Counted from the first letter of the stretch, positions 31,175 through 42,084 are shown. The stretch is 64,000 bases of DNA from an uncultured Gemmatimonadaceae bacterium (GCA_963716745.1 OY970320.1:2784001-2848000); one strand, 5' to 3'. Numbers and translations are program-made. The notes: generated by a model from the letters alone, not told the origin.

Positions 31175-33763
31175 ATGGCCGACACCACCCGCCTCGCCGC
31201 CGCTCTGGCTGACCGGTACATCATTGAACGGGAGTTGGGTGCGGGCGGGATGGCGACCGTCTATCTCGCTCACGACGTCAAACACGACCGGCCGGTCGCT
31301 CTCAAGGTATTGCGGCCCGAACTCGCCGCGGTCATCGGCGCCGAGCGCTTTCTCGCCGAGATCAAAGTCACGGCCAATCTCCAGCATCCCCACATCGTCA
31401 CGCTCATCGATTCGGGGGAGAGCGACGGCACGCTCTGGTACGTGCTGCCTTACATTCGCGGCGAATCGCTGCGCGACCGGCTGACCAGGGAGCGGCAACT
31501 CGGCGTGGACGACGCGCTGGCGATCACGCGCCAGGTCGCGGCCGCGCTCGATTATGCGCACGCCCAAGGCGTCATCCATCGCGACATCAAACCCGAGAAC
31601 ATCCTGCTCCACGAAGGGGAGGCCATGCTGGCCGACTTCGGCATCGCGTTGGCCGTGAAGCAAGCGGGCGGCAACCGGCTCACCGAGACGGGGCTCTCCC
31701 TCGGCACGCCGCAGTACATGAGCCCCGAGCAGGCCACCGCCGACCGCGCCCTGGATGCCCGAAGCGATGTCTATTCGCTGGGCGCCGTGGTCTATGAGAT
31801 GCTCGCGGGCGAGCCACCCCATACCGGGGCGACCGCGCACGCGGTGATCGCCAAGTTGCTTACGGAGCGGCCGCTGTCTCTGCGCGTCGTCCGATCATCG
31901 CTCCCGCCGGGAGTGGACGCCGCCGTTTCGCGAGCGCTGGAAACGGTGGCCGCGGACCGCTTCCCGACGGCGGGGGAATTCGCGCGTGCGCTGGATGCGG
32001 CGCGGGCGGCGGCCCCGCAGGTTGCGACTGTTGGCACGCGCCGGCGCGCGGTGGTCATAGGAGTGGCGGCGGGCGTGCTCGTGGTGGCGGCGGTGGGGTG
32101 GATCGTCTGGCGGAGTCACCGGCGCGATTCGGCGGCGCCGTCTTTCAACGCGCGCACACAGGTCACCTTCACCGGTAACGCGGCCCGGCCGGCCCTTTCC
32201 GCGGACGGCACCCAGATCGCGTACGTCGTGCACGAATGCGCCAGTTCGGGGTGCCAGGATGCCATTGATATCCAGGACGTGGACGGCAGCGCGAAGCGGC
32301 GGCTGGTCGACGGGGTATCGGCGATCGACTTTCTGAATTGGAGTCCCGATCGCCGCTTTCTCCTTTTCGTGCAGACCCACGGGAGTAAGATCGGCATTTT
32401 CCTTGTCAGCACGCTGGGCGGCGCTCCCCGGCGAGTGGGTTCGGACTCGTCGTCCTTCGCATTCTTGTGGAGCGGTGACTCTCTCGTCGAGACCGCTGGT
32501 GATTTCGCGGACACCGTGGGCTGGCTCAAGACGCGGCCCTTCGACGGCGAGGCGCGCGATAGCATCCGTCTGCATGGGCTGAAGGGGGGCGGGTACGCGA
32601 TGGCCTTCCCGGGAGACCAGTGGCTGCTGCTGGCCGGAGAGGGGCGACATGGTCAGGAGGCGCGGATCGTGGACCGGCAGGGGCAACAGAGTGATGTCTT
32701 CAGCGGAGGGCGTCAGGGGTTCCAGATAGGTGGTAGTGCAGTGTGGTCCTGGGTGCCGCTCGGCGGGAGCCGTCAGGGGATCGTTCGCCTCCCGGTCGAT
32801 CTCGGAACGGGCAAGTTCCGCCTCCCACCCGATACCGTGCTCGATGCCGCGAGCGACTTCTTCGACGTGTCGGCGGACGGAAGTACGATCGCCTATGTAG
32901 AGGGCGGCCGTCAGTACGACATGTGGGTCTTGCCATTGGCGGAGGCCATGCAAGGGCGCTTCTCGCCGGAACGTCACATATTTGGGTCCACGTCGCAGCT
33001 CGGTGGAGCGTTGTCCCCCGACGGAAAACAGTTGCTTGTGGAGCACTCCGAGGCGGGGTCCGCCGGAAGCCGCGTGGTGATGTCCATCCTTCCCACGATC
33101 GGCGGCCCCGGGGTGGACTTCAATTCCCCAGGGAACTCGCTCGCGGCTGGCTGGTCGGAAGATGGCGCGTGGATCATTCACGAATCGCGCTCTGCCACCG
33201 GGATCCAGTTCGTGCTGATTGATCCCCGGACGGGACAGCAGGCACGATCCTTCGCGACGGGCGACACTGCCTATACCAGCTATGACGCGCTCGCCGGCGG
33301 CGGTTGGGTCTGGATCCCACCGTCACACGATCGTGTGAGATTCCAGCGGAAGCAGGGAGAAAAGCCGGTCGACTTTCCCCTCCCGGCGGGGAAACGCGTA
33401 TTCAATGTCAACGCGAGCCCCAATGGTACTCGCTTGGTAGCCTTTGCGAGCATCCCATCGACGGATTCGGTCATCTTGAGCGCGATCTCCCTCCCCGGGG
33501 GACAAGCCACCCGGTGGATCACGCTGAACGGCCCCGTTCTGGACGCCCGCTGGCTCAGCGATGGGTCGCTCATGGCTGAGGTAAGAGAGTCAGGGTCCAT
33601 CACCTTATATCGCGTCACCGCACCCGATCACGCCAAACGGCTCGGCACCATCCCGCGGGCCACCCTAGTGAGTTGGTCATACGATGGGCGGCAGGTCGGC
33701 GTCATTACGTCGGAGGTTCGCGGCGATGTGTGGCTGGCCAGAAGCTCGGGCCGCCGACCTTAG
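31175..33763 (+). CDS. Hanks-type Ser/Thr kinase with TM helix and TolB/WD40-like repeats
   Basis: LGAGGMATVY, VALK, HRDIKPEN, DFG, YMSPE; TM near aa 290-310; SADG/WSPD/SPDG repeats. Confidence 0.93.
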   Translation: MADTTRLAAALADRYIIERELGAGGMATVYLAHDVKHDRPVALKVLRPELAAVIGAERFLAEIKVTANLQHPHIVTLIDSGESDGTLWYVLPYIRGESLRDRLTRERQLGVDDALAITRQVAAALDYAHAQGVIHRDIKPENILLHEGEAMLADFGIALAVKQAGGNRLTETGLSLGTPQYMSPEQATADRALDARSDVYSLGAVVYEMLAGEPPHTGATAHAVIAKLLTERPLSLRVVRSSLPPGVDAAVSRALETVAADRFPTAGEFARALDAARAAAPQVATVGTRRRAVVIGVAAGVLVVAAVGWIVWRSHRRDSAAPSFNARTQVTFTGNAARPALSADGTQIAYVVHECASSGCQDAIDIQDVDGSAKRRLVDGVSAIDFLNWSPDRRFLLFVQTHGSKIGIFLVSTLGGAPRRVGSDSSSFAFLWSGDSLVETAGDFADTVGWLKTRPFDGEARDSIRLHGLKGGGYAMAFPGDQWLLLAGEGRHGQEARIVDRQGQQSDVFSGGRQGFQIGGSAVWSWVPLGGSRQGIVRLPVDLGTGKFRLPPDTVLDAASDFFDVSADGSTIAYVEGGRQYDMWVLPLAEAMQGRFSPERHIFGSTSQLGGALSPDGKQLLVEHSEAGSAGSRVVMSILPTIGGPGVDFNSPGNSLAAGWSEDGAWIIHESRSATGIQFVLIDPRTGQQARSFATGDTAYTSYDALAGGGWVWIPPSHDRVRFQRKQGEKPVDFPLPAGKRVFNVNASPNGTRLVAFASIPSTDSVILSAISLPGGQATRWITLNGPVLDARWLSDGSLMAEVRESGSITLYRVTAPDHAKRLGTIPRATLVSWSYDGRQVGVITSEVRGDVWLARSSGRRP

Positions 33764-33841
33764 CGCTTGTTGGTGGATCTCCACTTGTTCCAAGGATTCT
33801 CGACGCACTGAGTTGCGCCTAACTATCGGGAGGATGCCGTC

Positions 33842-34736
33842 ATGCGTTCGCACACGCGGATTCCATTCGCCATTGTGATGCTCATCGCCACCGCGCCATC
33901 GTTCGCGCAGAGCGTGGCGAACCCCGAGATCAGCTGGACCGATCCGACCGCGTTCTACCGCAGCGCGATCTATCCACCGGCAGATTTCTCCTCGCGCGAG
34001 GTGAACGCGTCGCTGCAGATCTATCCCTTCCAGAAGGTGGACAGCGATCCGCGCGCGTCGTTCCAGGCACGGCCTGTTCCGCGCGTTGATCGACCCGCGC
34101 TATCAAGAAACGCAAGTCGTGAATCTGAAGCTGGACTCGGGCTCGTTCAACGGCGCCGACTACTACCTGCGCGCGCGGTTCGAGGACATCGTGGTGGGAC
34201 CGCCGGGGCGGGAGCACATGCGCCTCGTGCTCGTCGTGGGCAATCAGATCGCCATCGTTGACGCCGAAGCCGTCAGCATGCAGAGCTGGCAGCACGTCGT
34301 GCCGCAGCTCAATGCGTTCATCGCGACCGTGAAGATCGGAGCGGGCGCGCCGCAGCCCGAGTATGGCGCGCCGAGTGGACCCGCCGGCCAGCAGCTCGCC
34401 GGTCTGTATCAGGGATTCAAACAGAAATACATGACAAACCTGATGATGGGTCCCGCGTACGGTACGTACCAGAACGCGCTGCATTACTATCTGTTCTCCG
34501 CGAACGGACTCGTGTACCGGCACTATGACGCGCTCGCTGTGCCGGGCAACGATCCAGCGCAGTTCGATTTCGCCGGCGCGCAGCGCGCCGACCCGTCGAA
34601 CTCGGGCAAGTACGTGATCAAGGGCGACTCGGTGTACGTGAAGATCGGCACGCCCCAGCATTTCGACACGTTCGTCGCGCATTTGCCCGAGGACAATGTC
34701 ATCGTGATCGCAACCGTCCCGTACAAGCGAAAGTGA
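33842..34736 (+). CDS. Secreted hypothetical protein, one frameshift near 34075
   Basis: Signal peptide (PSFAQ); adjoining ORFs with coding-like codon bias. Confidence 0.6.
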
Positions 34737-34829
34737 CCGGGAACCACCGCGATGCCACGGAGTATTGAGAGACGCCGGCTTCAGGCCGGTTGTTGGCATC
34801 GATACCATTGGCAGCGTTCGAGGTGCACC

Positions 34830-35259
34830 ATGAAGATCCCGTCCTTCGCGCGACGCTTCGCGCCCGTCGCGTTCCTGGCATCCGCATTGGCGCTCGCCGG
34901 GTGTAGCTCCAGCACCACTTCGTCGACAACTCCGCCGACGCCGATGACGAATGACGTGGACATCGTCTTCGGTGCGCAATCGCTGACGAACACCGCGTTC
35001 AATCCGGACACGAAGACCGTGGCGCTGGCCGGAGGGTCGAGCGTCGCGGTGCGGTTCGTGAACAATGATTCCGATCCGAGCAACTACGGCTCGACCGGCA
35101 CGACCCACCACATCGTTTCGGACGACGGCACGACCTTCGACGCCGGCACGCTCGCGCCGGGCCACACGATGACCGTCAGTTTCTCGGCGCACCGGAACGA
35201 TCCCGTTCCACTGCGCGATCCATCCGAATATGGTGGGGTCGATCGTCGTAACGCCCTGA
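34830..35259 (+). CDS. Cupredoxin (plastocyanin-like) lipoprotein, frameshift near 3' end
   Basis: Lipobox LAGC; AFNP; TTHHI; shifted-frame FHCAIHPNMVG gives the type-1 Cu C/H/M ligands. Confidence 0.8.
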
Positions 35260-35286
35260 GAAGCGTGGCTCGAGCATTGCGATCAT

Positions 35287-35323
35287 GTGGCGCGGCCGGA
35301 CTTCGGCCGCGCCACTTTGTTTT
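35287..35323 (+). terminator. Rho-independent terminator
   Basis: GTGGCGCGGCCG-gactt-CGGCCGCGCCAC followed by TTTGTTTT. Confidence 0.85.
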
Positions 35324-35405
35324 CATGAGGCGCTTTCGCGACTCCCATGGGCGGTGCTAGAATTCGTGGCCGCGACACGCGGCTATTCCATCATTCCGGA
35401 GATCG

Positions 35406-35840
35406 ATGAGCACAAAGCCTCCAGCATCGTCCGTCCAGCGCGAGCGCGCGCAGCCGGAGACGTTCCGCGCCACCGCGCTCCAGGCGTCCTTCAGCGTCAA
35501 CGACATCCAGAAGAGCCTCGCCTGGTACCGCGACATACTCGGCTTCGTCGTCGACCAGCCCTACGAGCGCGATGGGAAGCTGCGCGCCGTTTCGCTCAAG
35601 GCGGGCACCACGCGCATCGTCATTGGCCAGGACGACGGTGCGAAGGGAGCGAACCGCGTGAAGGGACAGGGGATGTCGCTCCAGTTCACCACATCGCAGG
35701 ACATCGACGCGCTGGCGGCCAGCATGGAGAAGCGCGGCGCGGTGCTCGAGTCGCAGCCTGCCGACGCGTACGGCGCGCGGTCCTTCAGCGTGCGCGATCC
35801 GGATGGGTTCAAGTTCGTGATCTCGTCGCCGCGGTCTTGA
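35406..35840 (+). CDS. VOC/glyoxalase family protein
   Basis: VNDIQKSLAWYRDILGF, YGARSFSVRDPDGF. Confidence 0.88.
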   Translation: MSTKPPASSVQRERAQPETFRATALQASFSVNDIQKSLAWYRDILGFVVDQPYERDGKLRAVSLKAGTTRIVIGQDDGAKGANRVKGQGMSLQFTTSQDIDALAASMEKRGAVLESQPADAYGARSFSVRDPDGFKFVISSPRS

Positions 35841-35843
35841 CTA

Positions 35844-35875
35844 CAGACTTAGACGTTAGACCTAGACGTTAGACT
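35844..35875. repeat. Short tandem repeat (TAGACGT/TAGAC units)
   Basis: cagact-TAGACGTTAGACC-TAGACGTTAGACT directly after the VOC stop. Confidence 0.75.
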
Positions 35876-35948
35876 GCGTTTCCCCGCGCGGGGCTTGTTC
35901 TTGAGCCCCGCGCGGCATATCTAGTTGGGGTTCTCGAAAAGGACCACC

Positions 35949-36734
35949 ATGTTCCCCTTCTCGAAGAAGGCCGGCGCAGCCCCTGCGACTCTCGCCGACG
36001 CGCCAGTGGGCGCGCCGAGCTCGTCGCTCGCGAAGGCGGCGCTCCGTCTGCTGCTGCACGGCGTGTTCCTCGTGGTCGCCGTCGGCTGCTTCATGGCCTA
36101 CCTCCATTTCAAGGTCGCCGGGCAGCATACGGCCTCGTATGTCTCCCTCGCGGCGTCCGGCCTCCTCGCGTTCGCGCCCATTCGCGATGTGATCCACCTC
36201 TTCTTCGCGATCGAGGGGCGCACGCTGCATCTCGTGCATGGGCTGGGCGGACTCGCGCTGCTCGGACTGCCGCTCAGCGGCTTCGTATCCGGCGGCCACC
36301 TGATGACGCACGCGGCCATGGCGCCCTTCGCGATCATGGGCGCGGCGCAGGCCGTCATGCATCAGGACCACCCGCGCAACGCGAAGCAGGCCGCCGCGCT
36401 CCGTACCTTCGCCACGAGTCTGCCCGAAGTGGCGGAGTTCACCGGTTCGGGCGACCTCACCTCGCCGGCGAACGCTGAGCGCGCGGTGCGCGTACTCACC
36501 GATATCGTCGGGAAGGCGCAGGTATTGGGCGAGACCGAGCTGGAGGCGGATCCTTCGTTCCAGGGCGCGCTGAGTCAGGCGAGCACGCGCTTCAGCGCGA
36601 AGATGGGATTGGATGTCGTGGACATGGCACTGAACAAGATGGCCGAGAATCCGGCGACCGCCGCGGCGGTCCCGGCGCTGCGAAAACAGTTGGCCGCGGC
36701 GCGCCGGGCGCTCTCGAGTGGCGCCGCGAGTTAG
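35949..36734 (+). CDS. Hypothetical membrane protein
   Basis: AAAGGA RBS; about four TM helices then a helical soluble domain. Confidence 0.7.
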   Translation: MFPFSKKAGAAPATLADAPVGAPSSSLAKAALRLLLHGVFLVVAVGCFMAYLHFKVAGQHTASYVSLAASGLLAFAPIRDVIHLFFAIEGRTLHLVHGLGGLALLGLPLSGFVSGGHLMTHAAMAPFAIMGAAQAVMHQDHPRNAKQAAALRTFATSLPEVAEFTGSGDLTSPANAERAVRVLTDIVGKAQVLGETELEADPSFQGALSQASTRFSAKMGLDVVDMALNKMAENPATAAAVPALRKQLAAARRALSSGAAS

Positions 36735-36770
36735 AGGAGGTCGTTCGCGAACACTCCAACGGGGACAACG

Positions 36771-37310
36771 ATGAGGAAGACGATATGCTTGATGGCGCTG
36801 GCGGCGCTGATCGTATCGCCGCCGCAACGCGCCCGCGCGCAGGACGTACCGAAGTTCGATGTGTACGGCGGCTATTCCTACATGGTCATCCAGTCGGCGA
36901 GCGCCGACAACAATCTCAGCGCGAGTGGCTGGGAGCTCGCGGCGTCGTGGAATCTGAGCCACTGGCTCGGCATCACCGTGGATGGCAACGGGAGCTACTG
37001 CTGCAGCGGACAGTATCTGTACACGGTGGCCGTGGGGCCGACGTTCACCTTCCGCAAGGAGAAACGCGACTTCTTCCTGCACGCGCTCTTCGGCAATGGG
37101 AGCGCGAAAGGACTCTCCGAGACGGCCAGCGACTACACCTGGATGGTGGGCGGCGGCATCGACTGGATCCTGAAGCCGGGGCTGGCGATCCGCGTGCCGC
37201 AGGTGGACTACATCGACACCCACTTCCTGAACGGGTCGGAGAACGACTGGCGGATCAGCGCCGGCGTCGTGTTCCGATTCGGCAAACAAACCGGGCCATC
37301 GAGCCATTAA
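36771..37310 (+). CDS. Outer membrane beta-barrel protein (OmpA/OmpW-like 8-strand type)
   Basis: Signal peptide; DVYGGYSY, GGGIDW, WRISAGVVFRFG. Confidence 0.8.
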   Translation: MRKTICLMALAALIVSPPQRARAQDVPKFDVYGGYSYMVIQSASADNNLSASGWELAASWNLSHWLGITVDGNGSYCCSGQYLYTVAVGPTFTFRKEKRDFFLHALFGNGSAKGLSETASDYTWMVGGGIDWILKPGLAIRVPQVDYIDTHFLNGSENDWRISAGVVFRFGKQTGPSSH

Positions 37311-37328
37311 GAGATCAACGGGGGAATC

Positions 37329-38460
37329 ATGAGCAAGGATCGCGCGGTCAGGCTCGCCGCGGCCGGCTCGATGCTGGCGGCGGCGATGATAGCGGGATGT
37401 TCCGGCGGGTCGCCGAACGACGTCCTGGGCGGCGGCTCCTCGGGCGTGCCCAAGTTCGCGTTCGTGAGCAATGAGAGTTCCAACGATCTGTACGATTACT
37501 CGATCGGCAGCAGCGGCGCGCTGACGCAGGTATCGGGATCGCCGTACATGGGCGAGACGGGTCCGCGCGGGGTCGCGGTGCATCCGAGCGGACGGTTCGT
37601 GTACATGGCGAACAGCGGCGACGATGACATCTCCCGCGTGGTCGATCGACGCCGCCACCGGCGCGCTCACCGAGATCTCGGGCTCCGCCTTCGGTGCCGG
37701 CACGGGCACGCGTGGGATCACGATCGACAACGCCGGGAAATTCCTCTTCGCGGCCAACGAACAAACGAACGACGTCTCGGCGTACACCATCGGATCGGAT
37801 GGCGCCCTCACGGCGGTGGCAGGGTCGCCGTTCGCTGCCGGAACCGGTCCGCGCGGCGTCGCGGTGGATCCGAGCGGCAAGCACTTGTACGTGACCGACC
37901 ATTCGGTGGACTCGATCATGGCGTTCAGCATCGACCCCAGCAGCGGTGTGCTCACGCCGGTCGCGGGCGCGCCCTTCGCGACGGGGAACACACCGTTCGA
38001 TGTGGCCGTGGATCCGTCGGGCATGCACGTGCTCGTCACCAATCACCTGGACGGCAATGTGTCGGTGTACTCGCGGAACACGAGCACCGGCGCGCTCACG
38101 CAGATCTCAGGTTCGCCCTTCTCGTCGGGGAGCCAGCCGCACGGCATCGTGGTGGACCCGACCGGGAAGTTCGTGTACGTGGCGAACCATGCGTCGGGCA
38201 ACGTGTCGGGCTACAGCATCAGCGGGTCCACCGGAGCGCTCACCGAGTTGAGCGGCTCGCCCTTCACGGCGGGCACGGGGCCGTACGGCATCACGATCGA
38301 TCCATCGGGGAAGTACGTGTACGTCGCGAACAACGGCTCGGGCAATGTGTCGGCGTGGACGTACGATCCGAACACCGGTGCGCTCGTGCCAGTGGCGGGC
38401 ATGCCGTTCACGGCGGGCAACGGGCCGCATGGAGTGGCGGTGGCGCCGCAACAGCAATAA
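37329..38460 (+). CDS. Lactonase-family 7-bladed beta-propeller lipoprotein, one frameshift near 37635
   Basis: Lipobox IAGC; about 46-aa repeats GALT.(V/I/L)(S/A)GSPF..G.GP.G(V/I).VDPSGK..YV.N. Confidence 0.82.
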
Positions 38461-38465
38461 CTGCT

Positions 38466-38520
38466 CGGGAAGCGGGAAGCGGGAAGCGGGACTCACCACC
38501 CGATCCCGTTTCCCGTTTCG
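38466..38520. repeat. Heptamer-repeat hairpin (CGGGAAG)x3 / (TCCCGTT)x2
   Basis: Direct heptamer arrays facing each other, pairable with G-U. Confidence 0.75.
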
Positions 38521-38553
38521 CTTGAATCCGTGGTTCACCGAAAAAAACCGCTA

Positions 38554-38619
38554 GACAGGATTAACATGATTCACATGATTGAACGGCAGTTCATCGTGTA
38601 AAATCATGTTAATCCTGTC
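38554..38619. repeat. Dispersed palindromic repeat, copy D (arms in opposite order)
   Basis: GACAGGATTAACATGATT-cacatgattgaac-ggca-gttcatcgtgtaa-AATCATGTTAATCCTGTC. Confidence 0.9.
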
Positions 38620-38667
38620 CAATGCAGTTCAGTTGCCCTCCCCGCGCCCGCGCGCATATTCCCCTCC

Positions 38668-41596
38668 ATGATGAAATCCCACTCCCGGCTCCTCGCCGCC
38701 GCGCTCGCTGCCGCCGCATCCTGTCTCGCCGCCCAGCAGCCCATCGACTCCGCGTACACCGCGCAGATCAAACAGCTCACCCCCACCGATCCCAAGTGGG
38801 TGTTCACCACCGAGCTCGTGAATTACCTCCCGGCGTCGGCCACGGTGCCGTCGCCGCTCAAGGTCCTGGGCTACGTACCGGGGACGGTCGGCCGCCTCTC
38901 TCACGTCGCGGACATCAACAAATATTTCCACGCGCTCGCCGCCGCCTCGCCGCGCGTGAAACTCTACTCCGCCGGCATGAGCGACGAAGGGCGCGAGATG
39001 CTCGCGGTCGCCATCGGTGACTCGGCCACCATCGCGCACATCGATGACTATCGCGCGATGCTCGCCAAGCTCTCCGATACGCGCAACGTGAGCGCGGCCG
39101 AACGCGCGACGCTCATCCGCGATGCCAAACCGGTGTACTGGCTCACCGGCTCGATCCATTCGCCCGAGACGGGCAGTCCCGAGATGCTGATGGAGTTGGC
39201 CTATCGTCTCGCGGTGGACGAATCGGATCACATGAAGGCGATCCGCGCCGGCGTGATCACGCTCATCACGCCCGTGCTCGAGACTGACGGCCGCGATCGC
39301 GAGGTGGACGCGTTCGCCGAGTCGCGCGCGCTCAAGATCGGCAACTACGGCGTGCCGCTCATCTACTGGGGGAAGTACACCGCGCACGACAACAATCGCG
39401 ACGCGATGGTGCTGTCGCAGAAGCTCACGCAGAACGTCGTGAGAGTATTCCTGTCGTGGCACCCCACGGTGGCGCACGACCTGCACGAGTCGGTGCCGTT
39501 CCTCTACACGAGCACCGGCACGGGACCGTACAACGATGAGTTCGACGCGATCCTCACCGACGAGCTGCATACGCTCGCGTACCAGGAGATGACCGAGCTC
39601 ACGCGCCGCGGATTGCCCGGCGTGTGGACGCACGGCTTCTACGATGGCTGGGCGCCGAACTACACGATCCTCTCGGTGGCGAGCCTGCACAATTCCATCG
39701 GACGTTTCTACGAGACGTACACATCGCAAGGCGCCGAGTGTCACACCGTGCATCTCGCGAGCGACGCGGTGCAGAAGGAGTGGGACCGGATGAATCCGCC
39801 GGTGAACGGCATCAAGTGGTGCATCCGCACGAACATCAATTATCAGCAATCGGGCGTTCTGATCGCGCTGCGCTACGTCGCCGACCACCGTCAGACCTTC
39901 CTCGAGAATTACGCCGCGAAGGTGGACCGCATGGTGCACCGCGGCCGCACGAGCGCGCCGTACGCGTACGTGATCCCGCACGATCAGCGGCACGCGGGCG
40001 AAGCGGCGGCGCTGGTGAATCTCTTCCGCGCGCAGGGCACCGTGGTGGATGTCGCCACCGCGGATTTCTCGACGTTCGATGCGCCCCGTCCGGTGGAAGT
40101 GGGCAGCAACATGCGGCCCACCGAGCCGGGCGCGCCGCCCATGCTGCCGGCCGACAGCATTCGCGCCGACAGCATGCGCAAGCTCGGCGGCAAGCCGAGA
40201 GATGTGAGCGTGAAGAAGGGCGACTGGATCGTGCGCATGGACCAGCCGAACACCGGCACCGTGCGCACGCTGCTCGCGATGCAGCGATTCGGATCCAACG
40301 AGCCGCCGCCGTACGACGACACCGGATGGACGCTGGACCTCCTGCGCCATGTGATCGCGTATCCGATCGGCGACTCAGCGGTGCTCGCGAAAGACATGAC
40401 TCCGCTCGCGGCCGATGCGGTGGCGGTGGGCACGATTCGTCGCGGATTCCGGCGGCAACGGTGCGGTGGCGATCATCCGCAACACAGGCGATTGGCGCGC
40501 GGCCGCGCTGCCATGGAAAGTCGCCGGCGCAACGGTGTCTGTTGCGGAAGCTTCGTTCGCCGTGGGCGGCCAGCAATTCCCGGCGGGCACGTTCATGGTC
40601 TCGGGCCTGAGCACCGACCGCATGAAGACGATCGCGGCGATGGGCTTGAGCGGCGTCACCACGAAGCAGACCATCTCGGTGAGCCGCTACACGCTCTCCG
40701 TGCCGCGCGTGGCCATCGTGCACACGTGGCTCGAGACGCAGAATGAAGGCTGGGTTCGCTATGCGTTCGACCAGATGGGCGTGCCGTACACGTCGATCTC
40801 CGACCAGTCGCTCAAGAAGCCGGGCGCGCTCGACAAGTTCGACGTCGTGGTATTCCCGCACGTGAACGGAGCGCCGAGCACGCTGCTCAATGGCCGGCCG
40901 ATGATCGGGCCGGCGGTGCCATGGAAGAAGACGGCGGCGACGCCGAATCTCGGACTGTGGGACGAGACCGATGATATTCGCGGCGGCATGGGGCTCGCCG
41001 GCGCGAACGCGCTCCGGCAGTTCGTGGAGCGCGGCGGGCTGCTGATCACCGAAGGATCCACGAGTTCCTTCGTCGTAGCGCTCGGCTTCAATCCCACGTT
41101 GCAGCTCGCCGATGCGCGGGGCCTTCGCGCGCAGGGCTCCATCCTGCGAGCGCAACAGGTGACGAAGAGCAGCCCGATCCTCTATGGCTATGACGACGCG
41201 CCGAGTTTCCCGGTGTACTTCGGCGGCGCGCCGGTGCTGCAGGTGCAGACCAAGGACACGCTGCAGATCACGAGCGGCATCGACTCCACCATTCTCAAGC
41301 AGGTGGAGGCTGAGCGCGCGAAGGTGATCGTGCGATTCTATCCGCGCGCGGATTCGTTGCTGCTCTCGGGGCTGTTGGCCGGCGGCGGCGAGTTGGTGGG
41401 CAAGGCGGCGGTGATCGACGCGCCCGTAGGGAAGGGGAACGTGGTGCTCTTCGCGATCCGTCCGCTCTGGCGCTGGGAGTCGCAGGGCACATTCGCAATG
41501 GTGCTCAACGCGATGGCGAACTGGGACCATCTCGCGAACACGCAGAAGAGCGGATCGATGCCGCTGACGGAGGGCGCGGCGGCGCCGAAGAAGTAG
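38668..41596 (+). CDS. Secreted M14 family zinc carboxypeptidase, one frameshift near 40440
   Basis: GSIHSPE, HDNNRD, HDLHE, PYDDTGW; colinear paralog of 13302..16336. Confidence 0.88.
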
Positions 41597-42084
41597 TGCG
41601 CGCCGCGTGCGCGGTGGCGCTCGCCGGGCTGCTCGCCACGAGTGGGCAGCCGCATCGGAACGCACCGGCGCTCGCCGGCACGTGGCGTGTCGCGAAGTTC
41701 TGCATGGTGGATACACTCGGCGAGGTCTTCGAACCGTTCGGATCGGACCCTAATGGGCTCTTCGTCTATGGGCGCGATGGCCGGCTCTCCATCCAGATCT
41801 CGCGCACTCGCAGCGCAACGAACAATGGGATCGTCGACGACGCGGTCATCGCCGAACAGCTCCACATGCAGCGCGATGGCTACCTTGGCTACTATGGCAC
41901 CTATACGATCACGTCGGACTCTACGGTGATCCACCATGTGGTGGGCGGTACGCTGCCGAGCTATGTGGGCACCGATCAGCGGCGCGTCTATCATATCCGC
42001 GGCGACACGCTCACCATCGGGACGAACCCGCGAACGTTCGCCTGCCGAGTGCTGCTGCGCGTGAACGCACCGGCGCCCTCATGA
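41596..42084 (+). CDS. Lipocalin-like domain protein
   Basis: LAGTWRV, P.GLFVYGRDGRLSIQI, GYYGTY, VIHHV...YVGTDQRR. Confidence 0.8.
   Translation: MRAACAVALAGLLATSGQPHRNAPALAGTWRVAKFCMVDTLGEVFEPFGSDPNGLFVYGRDGRLSIQISRTRSATNNGIVDDAVIAEQLHMQRDGYLGYYGTYTITSDSTVIHHVVGGTLPSYVGTDQRRVYHIRGDTLTIGTNPRTFACRVLLRVNAPAPS

Noticed and set aside
33810..33825. GCCTAAC (also near 9895) as integron attC inverse core sites
   Set aside because: No matching downstream GTTRRRY with an attC-like stem was found, and there is no integrase in the window.
37450..38450. Internal DNA repeats in the lactonase-like gene as a repeat element
   Set aside because: They are the coding repeats of beta-propeller blades.
20122..38619. 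Palindromic repeats as a CRISPR array
   Set aside because: Copies are inverted pairs up to kilobases apart, not direct repeats with regular spacers; no cas genes.
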